Positions 57,753 through 64,000 of a DNA stretch of 64,000 nucleotides are shown here, piece after piece. The notes beneath the pieces were generated by a model. It saw only the letters and a program-made list of their open reading frames with translations, ran no database searches and was not told the DNA's origin. This stretch comes from Candidatus Omnitrophota bacterium (lineage in GTDB: Bacteria; Omnitrophota; Gorgyraeia; Gygaellales; Profunditerraquicolaceae), in NCBI GenBank assembly GCA_041650835.1, contig JBAZKL010000001.1:171931-235930 (forward strand), given 5' to 3'. The position numbers and the translations under genes were made by a program. The stretch's first letter is position 1. Every line of letters begins with the position of its first letter.

Positions 57753-58214
57753 TTATTTCGTGTTTAAAGCAATACGCGTATTTTGTATTCCCGGTAAAAC
57801 TTCGGCAAAACGCACCATCATCTCATCAAGAGACGTTAATTTTGAGATTTGCACGTCATCCTGGTTGAGCTTTACCGAATATCCTGTTTCTTCTTTGATG
57901 ATACTCTCAATAGTTGCATTGGTACAATGCTTAGGATCAAACTTTACCTGTTTTAGATCTTTAGGGCCCAGGAAACTGTGAGCTGTACCCGGCAGGTAAA
58001 TCGTCCCATTAGAAAAATCTACAGCGTACGCGATGATACCCGGAATTATAAAAAACAATAAACCAATTCCGTCTAACACCGCGACCCCTGCGTCGATCCT
58101 GCCTGCTTTTTGCCCTCTGCGTTCAGGATACATAAGGGTCCCGCAGCCTGCCAACTGGATGATCAAAACTGCACCCACTAACACATACAACGATTTCAAC
58201 AGCTTTTTAACCAT
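57753..58214 (-). CDS. Lipoprotein, YceK/YidQ (DUF1375)-like
   Basis: Lipobox LAGC followed by GTLMYPERRG… and a hydrophobic DGIGLLFFIIPGIIAYAVDF segment resembling YceK. Confidence 0.4.
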   Translation of the reverse strand: MVKKLLKSLYVLVGAVLIIQLAGCGTLMYPERRGQKAGRIDAGVAVLDGIGLLFFIIPGIIAYAVDFSNGTIYLPGTAHSFLGPKDLKQVKFDPKHCTNATIESIIKEETGYSVKLNQDDVQISKLTSLDEMMVRFAEVLPGIQNTRIALNTK

Positions 58215-58392
58215 ACTTCCACCTCTTATTAATTAGAGTAATTTTATTAAAAATCTCCGCGCTCGGCAATGGGCTAATTCCTTTCTTCAGACTCACACAC
58301 CATTTCTGCGCTGCCTTGACCACTTTGGATTTTAATATGCGGTTCTTGTTCCGGTGGCGGTGTTGGAGTAGCGCACCCCATTGTTCTCTTAC

Positions 58393-58770
58393 CTAAAATA
58401 TCCATCCTATCAAACCGCCAACGAGCCTAAAGGGCAAAGCAATAACCCAGCCAACCGCATGCAAGGTAGCCCCTAAGACACTCTGATGCCCGGCTTTCGC
58501 CTCAGTACTTGTAACAGTAGTCGTCTCCTCACTTTTCTGAGTAACCAAATTATTTTGTTGATCATTCGAAGTGGCCACGCTCGCGGTTTTCATAAGATAT
58601 CCCTTATTACCCTCATTGGCGGGATACGTTTCTGTTGTTTTTGTTGTCGTTGTTTTCGTTGTCTTATGAGAACTAGCACACCCGACACCCATAGCAACAA
58701 CAATAAAGAATGCGAGGTATATACAAACACTGCTCTTATTTACCGATATTTTCAATATGCCCTCCTGCAT
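58393..58770 (-). CDS. Putative small lipoprotein with Thr/Lys-rich linker and C-terminal amphipathic/hydrophobic tail
   Basis: Possible lipobox AMGVGC, KTTKTTTTKTTET low-complexity run. Its 5' end overlaps the entericidin-like ORF in another frame, so the start is uncertain. Confidence 0.3.
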   Translation of the reverse strand: MQEGILKISVNKSSVCIYLAFFIVVAMGVGCASSHKTTKTTTTKTTETYPANEGNKGYLMKTASVATSNDQQNNLVTQKSEETTTVTSTEAKAGHQSVLGATLHAVGWVIALPFRLVGGLIGWIF

Positions 58771-58867
58771 TCTTTAGATCTGTTCCCGCGCCTCTGGCCG
58801 CGTTACATCCTGCAAGTGAAGCCATTACTATCACGGCTAACAAGCTCAATAAAGCAAGTTTTCTCAT
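58736..58867 (-). CDS. Entericidin (EcnA/EcnB)-like 43-aa lipoprotein, not in the supplied ORF track
   Basis: Minus-strand ATG at 58865..58867 preceded by AGGAGA. MRKLALLSLLAVIVMASLAGCNAARGAGTDLKNAGGHIENIGK* has a lipobox LAGC followed by the CN..RG.G.D....GG.I entericidin signature. Confidence 0.5.
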   Translation of the reverse strand: MRKLALLSLLAVIVMASLAGCNAARGAGTDLKNAGGHIENIGK

Positions 58868-58893
58868 ATCGTTCTCCTTTCGTAGAAAGCGGA

Positions 58894-58921
58894 CACCTTG
58901 GCCATCCGATAGGCCAAGGTG
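58894..58921. terminator. 10-bp perfect hairpin CACCTTGGCC-N8-GGCCAAGGTG between BON gene and entericidin-like gene
   Basis: Read from the sequence. U-rich flank is much stronger on the plus strand (TTTGTCTGAGTTATTTTTT) than on the minus strand (TCCGCTTTCTAC). Confidence 0.4.
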
Positions 58922-58989
58922 TTTGTCTGAGTTATTTTTTCTATAAATGCTCCTTAAACACGACCTTGACTCCCCTCATTAGCTATCTA

Positions 58990-59745
58990 TCAACCGGTAG
59001 TCATGTTATTGATCACCTGTGTTACGCCATGCACACTACCTGCTACCTGAGTGGCCATATCTTTCGCTGCCCCACTCGTAGCGTTCCCCGTTAACGTAAC
59101 CACGCCGTTGGTTGTCGTAACCCCGGTTTTAAACGCGCTGGTTGAGTGATGCGTCAAGAATGCCATCTTAACCTGAGCGGTGATGGATGCGTCATCGATT
59201 TTCTCACCCAAGGTCATTTTTGATTCGCTTGGGATTTGCGCTATAGTCATTTCATTCTTTACATCTTTAACGCCTTTAATGTCTGCGGCGTATTGACCTG
59301 CCAGATCCTTTTGAGCCTGGTTTCCGGCTTCGCCTTTCAAAGTTACGATCCCATCATTTACAAAAACCTGAGTTCTGATACCGCTAACATTTCGATTGTA
59401 AAGAAGCGAATATTTTACCTGAATACTGATCCATCCATCAGAATTCTCAGCCAGACGCTCACCTTTGAGTTCCAATTGATTGTCTACGCTTTTGACTCCG
59501 GGCAGGCTCGCCACGGTCTCGTACGCCAATGATTTGCTGGCTTCCTCGGCGACAGTTCCCGTCAAAGTAACAACGCCTTCCTGGGACTGGATTTTAATAT
59601 TATCGCTCTTGAGATAGGTTTTGAACACGTAAGACTGCTTAGCCGATGATTCGATACGTGAATCCATTTCGGAAGCGCATGCCCATACGCTCGTAAACAA
59701 CACAAGAGCCATTACAACAAGTACTTTCATATAATTTTGCTTCAT
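58990..59745 (-). CDS. BON-domain periplasmic protein (OsmY-like, three BON repeats)
   Basis: Signal peptide; three repeats of …VVTLTGTV…A…A…GV..V.N.L…. Confidence 0.75.
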   Translation of the reverse strand: MKQNYMKVLVVMALVLFTSVWACASEMDSRIESSAKQSYVFKTYLKSDNIKIQSQEGVVTLTGTVAEEASKSLAYETVASLPGVKSVDNQLELKGERLAENSDGWISIQVKYSLLYNRNVSGIRTQVFVNDGIVTLKGEAGNQAQKDLAGQYAADIKGVKDVKNEMTIAQIPSESKMTLGEKIDDASITAQVKMAFLTHHSTSAFKTGVTTTNGVVTLTGNATSGAAKDMATQVAGSVHGVTQVINNMTTG

Positions 59746-59820
59746 AATATACCTTCCTTTATTTTTTATTCCTCTGCGGATAGAACCATCTATCCGCTTC
59801 TCTTAAACACAAAATTGCTC

Positions 59821-60090
59821 CTATACTGCCACTTGCCTTACAACCAAGCGCGTCAGTCCCACCAAAACTAATGCTCCCGCGAGTGCCACTAAGAATGCGC
59901 CTATCGAACTGCTGGTATAGAGCCCCATTCCTCTGGCAATCCATCCGCCAAGCATAGCTCCCACGATCCCGACCACTATGTCTCCGATGATCCCAAACCC
60001 CCGGCCTCTAATGATCAGCCCCGCTAACCACCCGATTACCCCACCGATAAAGAGAAACCACACCCAATATGTAACAGTACTATTTTCCAT
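59821..60090 (-). CDS. GlsB/YeaQ/YmgE-family stress membrane protein
   Basis: 89 aa; GWLAGLIIRGRGFGIIGDIVVGIVGAMLGGW signature. Confidence 0.7.
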   Translation of the reverse strand: MENSTVTYWVWFLFIGGVIGWLAGLIIRGRGFGIIGDIVVGIVGAMLGGWIARGMGLYTSSSIGAFLVALAGALVLVGLTRLVVRQVAV

Positions 60091-60286
60091 ATTTTCACCC
60101 TCCTTTTTATGTTATCCGTTACCGTGTTACAGTCGCATGCCTCCTTCCACCATAAATACACACCGGTTCAAATCCAGATATTTTTGCCATTGAGGCACAT
60201 TTTACTCCCTTGAATGTAAATTTGTTTCTTTGACTTGACATTTGAGCGCCCATCCTTACGCTGTACCATTTCTCGCTTCTGATACC

Positions 60287-60314
60287 ATTATAGGAAGGGC
60301 AAGAATAAAATCAA
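60287..60314 (-). promoter_or_regulatory. Sigma70-type promoter TTGATT-N16-TATAAT upstream of the yeaQ-like gene
   Basis: Minus strand: TTGATT (60309..60314), 16-nt spacer, TATAAT (60287..60292). The -35 is embedded in repeat R3. Confidence 0.4.
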
Positions 60315-60332
60315 TTGTACGCGGGTATACGC
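60308..60332. repeat. Repeat R3 copy a (abuts stop of pqiC-like gene; contains -35 of the yeaQ-like promoter)
   Basis: AAATCAATTGTACGCGGGTATACGCC. Confidence 0.6.
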
Positions 60333-60971
60333 CTACTCGTTTGTTTTAGGATGCGCATCAAGCGTTGCCAGTTCCTCTGATATCTGACTGCTTAATGACG
60401 CGCAAACCGCGCTGAGCGTTTTGGCTAAACCGGAGTAATCCTGCGGAATGATCGGCTGCCGGAATTCCGCTCTTTTCATGATCAGAGTTTTCGAATTTTC
60501 GGTATCGATCACCAGCCATTGAGCAGCAAAAAACATGCCCTCATCAAATTCGCTATCCAATTCAACAATTTCTACGACCACCTGGTATTTGACCGGGACA
60601 GATGAATTCCAGGGATATAAGGAAAACTTTGCATCCGGGAGCATGACGGTGAGATATTCTCGGATCAGGCGCGCCACCCCAAGGTCAAGAGATTCCCCCC
60701 AACGGTCGAATTGAGCAAAGGTAATCATCTTTTCTTTGCTCTGGGTCACCATTTGCGGCCTATCCAGGTATTCCGGGATTTTAACCGGCCCAACGCCAAT
60801 AAACACATCAGAAGCAATATTTATTTTTTTACTGACCTTGTTTTCATTTACGGCAGAAAGCAGGTAAAACCGCGGCGCCGGGCTTTTTTGTACCGATATG
60901 CAACCGCTCAAGACCAAAACAACACACGCCACGCTAATAACCATACAGGAATCAACCAAAATTTGTCTCAT
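60333..60971 (-). CDS. ABC-transport auxiliary lipoprotein (PqiC/YmbA-like)
   Basis: Lipobox LSGC, ~210 aa, immediately downstream of the MCE gene (1-nt gap), the canonical pqiC position. Confidence 0.6.
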   Translation of the reverse strand: MRQILVDSCMVISVACVVLVLSGCISVQKSPAPRFYLLSAVNENKVSKKINIASDVFIGVGPVKIPEYLDRPQMVTQSKEKMITFAQFDRWGESLDLGVARLIREYLTVMLPDAKFSLYPWNSSVPVKYQVVVEIVELDSEFDEGMFFAAQWLVIDTENSKTLIMKRAEFRQPIIPQDYSGLAKTLSAVCASLSSQISEELATLDAHPKTNE

Positions 60972-60972
60972 C

Positions 60973-61707
60973 TTATTCCCCCTTAATAACAGGTTTTCCT
61001 TTTAAGATCGCTTCAGGATGCTGCTCAAGATATTCAGTAAGCAAGCGGATCGATCGCATTGCCTGTTTGGTCTCCTGAAGGGTATTACGCATCTCGTAAA
61101 GGCTTCTTTCTAAGTCGTTGGAATTGACCAATCGATCAATCCCTTTGGCGGTAGCAGCGAGGTTCTTCGAGATCTCTTTAATGGGTATTTCATTCATAAG
61201 CTCAAAAATATCGGGTGAGATAGGAAGCGTGGGCAGCTCCGGATATTGATTCAGGATGCCGCGGAACGCTACAGGCTTATCCGGATAAAAGTCAAATGAG
61301 ATCATAAGCTGGCCGGTCAAAAAACTCTGAACTTCGAGCTTCCCCCGCAAACCAAGCTCGATCATCTTCTTGGGGCCGTCTTTTTCCCCAAAGCTCGGGG
61401 CACCCTTAATACGGCCCTCTTCGATCTCGACAATAACAGGAAGCATGATAGTCCCGGCTTTTGAGTCATAGATCAGGCTGATATCTTTAATTATTCCTAT
61501 ACTGACACCCCTGAACATTACCGGTGCCCCTACTGAAAGGCCTTTAACGGAACCATCAAAATACAGGACAAATTTATTAGTCCGCTTAAAAAGCACCCCC
61601 GAACCAAAAACCGCTATTCCTATTATTAACAATACTAAGGCCCCTACGACAAATAAACCGATCACTGTTTTGTTTACTTTTCTACTCATGTGTTTGCTCC
61701 TGGCCAT
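60973..61707 (-). CDS. MCE-family protein (MlaD-like)
   Basis: N-terminal TM (VIGLFVVGALVLLIIGIAVF), then an MCE domain (…GLSVGAPVMFRGVSIGIIKDISL…). Confidence 0.75.
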   Translation of the reverse strand: MARSKHMSRKVNKTVIGLFVVGALVLLIIGIAVFGSGVLFKRTNKFVLYFDGSVKGLSVGAPVMFRGVSIGIIKDISLIYDSKAGTIMLPVIVEIEEGRIKGAPSFGEKDGPKKMIELGLRGKLEVQSFLTGQLMISFDFYPDKPVAFRGILNQYPELPTLPISPDIFELMNEIPIKEISKNLAATAKGIDRLVNSNDLERSLYEMRNTLQETKQAMRSIRLLTEYLEQHPEAILKGKPVIKGE

Positions 61708-62461
61708 CTGCCGCTCTGGTTAAAAACTGGATGACTCTGGGGTCCTTAGAATTATCCAACAAGGACCGGGGGTTGCCCGTGGCGATCATCGTCTTACTTG
61801 CTGCGTCAAGAAACACGGAATTATTACCCACGGCAAAAATACTGGCGAGTTCATGCGTTATTACGACTATGGTAGCTTTTAACCCGTCTCTTAACTCAAG
61901 GATCAGGTCATCAAGCTTGCGCGCGTGTATCGGGTCAAGCCCGGCCGAAGGTTCATCAAAGAAAATAATACCCGGATCAAGGGCGATTGCCCGCGCAAGA
62001 CTGGCACGTTTGCGCATCCCGCCGCTTATTCCCGAAGGAAAATAATCCCCGAATCCGTCCAATCCCACGAGTGAAAGTTTTAATGTTACTATTTCCTGTA
62101 TCTGCCGGCCGGATAACTTTGTATACATCCGTAAAGGAAGCGCGACATTTTCCCCCACCGTCAAAGAGCTCCACAACGCTCCGCCTTGAAAAAGGACCCC
62201 AAACCCCCGCATAAGAGCGTGCTGGGCTGTTTCATCTTCATCCCAATAGCTCTTTCCGTCGTATAAGACCTTGCCCTGAGACGGCGCCTTAAGGCCGATC
62301 AAACTCTTAAGCAACGTGCTCTTGCCGCAACCATTGACCCCCATGACAATAAAAACGTCGCCTTTATTCACACTGAAATTAAGATTGCGCAGCACCGGGG
62401 AATCGTTATACCCCAGATCAAGGTCCCGCACCTCAAGAACCGGCTGAATGTTTTGGCCCAT
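61682..62461 (-). CDS. ABC transporter ATP-binding protein (MlaF-like)
   Basis: GVNGCGKSTLLK, SGGMRKRASLARA, IIFFDEPSAGLDP. Confidence 0.85.
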   Translation of the reverse strand: MGQNIQPVLEVRDLDLGYNDSPVLRNLNFSVNKGDVFIVMGVNGCGKSTLLKSLIGLKAPSQGKVLYDGKSYWDEDETAQHALMRGFGVLFQGGALWSSLTVGENVALPLRMYTKLSGRQIQEIVTLKLSLVGLDGFGDYFPSGISGGMRKRASLARAIALDPGIIFFDEPSAGLDPIHARKLDDLILELRDGLKATIVVITHELASIFAVGNNSVFLDAASKTMIATGNPRSLLDNSKDPRVIQFLTRAADGQEQTHE

Positions 62462-62464
62462 GCG

Positions 62465-63592
62465 TTATACTCCCAATATCTGGCAAATAAATGTGATCGC
62501 CGCAGTCGCAATTACAATTCCGGTTATCCCGGTAACAACGGCCGAAGTAGTTGCGAATCCCACACCGGCGGCGTTTCTTTCGCACTTAATACCGCGCAGG
62601 CAACCCGCGACTGCAATGATCACACCGAACACCAAACTATGAATTAACCCGATCCACACGTAACTAAGCTTTACCGCGGCTTGCGTATGGTTCAAATATT
62701 CTATCCCATTAAGATGAAGCATCCCCGCGCTGATCACAAAACCGCCTACTATGCCCATAAGGTCCGCGTAAATAACCAGGACCGGCATCATAAGTACTAC
62801 TGCCAGAAGGCGCGGCATGACCAAAAACTCGACAGGGGAAATCCCTAATGTTTTAAGCGCGTCGATCTCCTCGCTTGTCTGCATCATCCCCAGCTCAGCC
62901 GCAAAAGATGCTCCGACGCGGCCGGACATAATAATACCCGTCATTACCGCCGACAATACGCGCACCATGGCGATCCCCACTATATCGGCAATAAAGATCT
63001 GGGCCCCGAACATCTTAAGCTGGATCGAGCCGACAAAAGCAAGGATCATGCCTACTAATAAACTTATCAAAGAAACAAGCAGAAACGAATCGACTCCGCA
63101 TCTTTTTACGAGAAGGTAAAAATCATCCCGGCGAAAATACGCTTTACCGGTAAGCAGGCGGCCGAAAGAAACAGCGATATCCCCTAAAAACTCAAGCTCA
63201 GAGCTCAAGCTTTCGCTGATTTGCAAAGCTTTTGCCCCGGCCCGCTCAAGGAACGGCTCGCGCGCTTTTTGAGCGGTAACTCCCTTAACACGCACCTTTA
63301 AGGCCAGCACAAGCAGTTTCTGCGCTTCTTGCGGCAAGCCTTCACGAGCGACTTGAATATTCCTTTGTTCACACTCCTTGACCAGCTTCAACAAAAAAGC
63401 AATAAGCCCACTGTCCCACTGTAACTCTTCTGAAACAGTAAAATTGACCTGCGCGATATCCGGATGGCTAACCAGTTGCGAGGCAACCTCAAGCACCGGC
63501 ACAACGCCCGCGGAAATCCGCCAATCTTTGCTTAACGCGATAAGGAGTGTCTTAGGTTTTGAATAATCGAGGGAAAGCTTTTCCTGAATCAT
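62465..63592 (-). CDS. MlaE-like ABC permease fused to an N-terminal STAS (MlaB-like) domain
   Basis: C-terminal ~260 aa with 5-6 TM helices typical of MlaE/YrbE. N-terminal ~110 aa soluble domain with STAS-like alternating beta/alpha pattern. Confidence 0.7.
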   Translation of the reverse strand: MIQEKLSLDYSKPKTLLIALSKDWRISAGVVPVLEVASQLVSHPDIAQVNFTVSEELQWDSGLIAFLLKLVKECEQRNIQVAREGLPQEAQKLLVLALKVRVKGVTAQKAREPFLERAGAKALQISESLSSELEFLGDIAVSFGRLLTGKAYFRRDDFYLLVKRCGVDSFLLVSLISLLVGMILAFVGSIQLKMFGAQIFIADIVGIAMVRVLSAVMTGIIMSGRVGASFAAELGMMQTSEEIDALKTLGISPVEFLVMPRLLAVVLMMPVLVIYADLMGIVGGFVISAGMLHLNGIEYLNHTQAAVKLSYVWIGLIHSLVFGVIIAVAGCLRGIKCERNAAGVGFATTSAVVTGITGIVIATAAITFICQILGV

Positions 63593-63597
63593 AGGAT

Positions 63598-63626
63598 ATT
63601 ATTGCAAGATACAGGAATTAAATCAA
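63598..63626 (-). promoter_or_regulatory. Possible promoter TTGATT-N17-AATAAT upstream of the mla operon (would give a leaderless or near-leaderless mlaE)
   Basis: Same -35/upstream sequence as the yeaQ-like promoter. The -10 lies only 5 nt from the ATG. Confidence 0.3.
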
Positions 63627-63646
63627 TTGTACGCAGGTATAACCGC
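63620..63646. repeat. Repeat R3 copy b (between response-regulator stop and mlaE start)
   Basis: AAATCAATTGTACGCAGGTATAACCGC. Confidence 0.6.
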
Positions 63647-63665
63647 TGATTTTATCGAGGGATAA

Positions 63666-64000
63666 TTACTTCGGGGGCGGGATAATGCCCGCTTTTTGCG
63701 CTAAATGGATAAGCTCGGTAACGGTTCTGGCTTGCATCTTTTGCATGACCCGGCCGCGGTGAACTTTTATCGTCTGAAGGACAGTTCCCCGCTTAAAGGC
63801 AATTTGTTTGCTCAGCATCCCACTGGCGACTAAACGGAAGACTTCAAGTTCTTTAGGGGAGAGTAACTTAATATTTCGCCAGATTTTTGCCGTTTCATTT
63901 TGTTTCTTAATGATGGCTTTGCTTTTCGCGATCGCAAGCGCAATGGCATCCAGAAGCTTTGACGCGGTAAAAGGCTTAAGAAAGAAATCTATGGCTCCGG
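63666..64000 (-). CDS. Response regulator, LuxR/FixJ-type HTH output domain (C-terminal part; 5' end beyond window)
   Basis: Manual minus-strand translation gives …FLKPFTASKLLDAIALAI…LSPKELEVFRLVASGMLSKQIAFKRGTVLQTIKVHRGRVMQKMQARTVTELIHLA…: receiver-domain end plus LuxR HTH. Stop at 63666..63668. Confidence 0.6.
   Translation of the reverse strand, partial: GAIDFFLKPFTASKLLDAIALAIAKSKAIIKKQNETAKIWRNIKLLSPKELEVFRLVASGMLSKQIAFKRGTVLQTIKVHRGRVMQKMQARTVTELIHLAQKAGIIPPPK

Noticed and set aside
459-63566. All plus-strand ORFs in the supplied track (e.g. 789..1298, 13872..14957, 43224..43883, 50148..51491, 58486..59094)
   Set aside because: Each lies antisense within a well-supported minus-strand gene with recognisable motifs. 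None has a recognisable domain, RBS context or independent promoter. Long antisense ORFs are expected at ~50% GC.
35967-63646. Interpreting the three direct-repeat pairs (R1, R2, R3) as integron attC sites or cassette boundaries
   Set aside because: The copies are direct, not imperfect inverted repeats. Each pair is different. No intI or attI is present. Each copy sits at a fixed distance upstream of a promoter -10/-35, so shared cis-regulatory modules explain them more economically. Insertion scars remain a minority hypothesis for R2.
1-64000. CRISPR arrays, tRNA/rRNA genes, transposases/integrases
   Set aside because: No regularly spaced direct repeats with spacers. No intergenic gap large or structured enough to hold a tRNA (acceptor-stem/anticodon-arm cloverleaf not found in gaps 21818..21972, 33962..34061, 56316..56652 and others). 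No DDE/tyrosine-recombinase-like ORFs.

Overview
All supportable genes in this 64-kb window (~58 of them) are on the minus strand; every plus-strand ORF in the track is best explained as an antisense shadow. Composition is about 50% GC apart from one AT-rich gene. The TolC homolog, Mla/MCE system, BON-domain protein and porin-like barrel point to a Gram-negative (diderm), probably anaerobic, bacterium. I see no tRNA, rRNA, CRISPR array, transposase or integrase.

From high to low coordinate the window contains: (1) the C-terminal part of a LuxR/FixJ-type response regulator. (2) An Mla-like lipid-trafficking operon with a STAS-MlaE fusion, MlaF ATPase, MCE protein and PqiC-like lipoprotein. (3) Envelope-stress-type small genes: YeaQ/GlsB, BON/OsmY-like, an entericidin-like micro-lipoprotein absent from the ORF track, and other lipoproteins. 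(4) A 2929-aa cyclic beta-1,2-glucan synthase (GT84 + GH94). (5) A Fur-family regulator with a canonical promoter and Fur box. (6) A conserved-neighbourhood module of unknown function: DUF5320, 2x NifX/NafY-like, SAM methyltransferase, 2x MinD-type P-loop ATPases with 2x[4Fe-4S] ferredoxin domains, NifU/IscU-like scaffold, MBL-fold hydrolase. (7) A porin-like barrel, ZnuA-like and ZnuB-like (no ATPase). (8) Secreted proteins and lipoproteins, a VOC/glyoxalase gene, and an AT-rich B12/MTTase-like radical SAM gene. (9) Patatin lipoprotein, split YeeE/YedE, LOG/PpnN-like. (10) A TetR-TolC-HlyD-2xABC ATPase-2xABC-2 permease efflux operon (YbhGFSR-like) with an operator palindrome. (11) A ~23-kb glycan-assembly island: 3 GT2, 2-3 GT-C, Wzx flippase, DegT aminotransferase, ALS-like TPP enzyme, sulfatase-like protein, ATP-grasp, and five radical SAM enzymes. 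One of these is a radical SAM-SPASM-HprK-like kinase fusion, two are a tandem paralogous pair with Cys-rich N-domains, and three have clear SPASM/twitch C-termini.

The radical-SAM-rich glycan island and the rSAM-SPASM-HprK kinase fusion are the best candidates for an undescribed system. Secondary points are three distinct pairs of conserved upstream elements shared by adjacent transcription units, and the unannotated entericidin-like gene.
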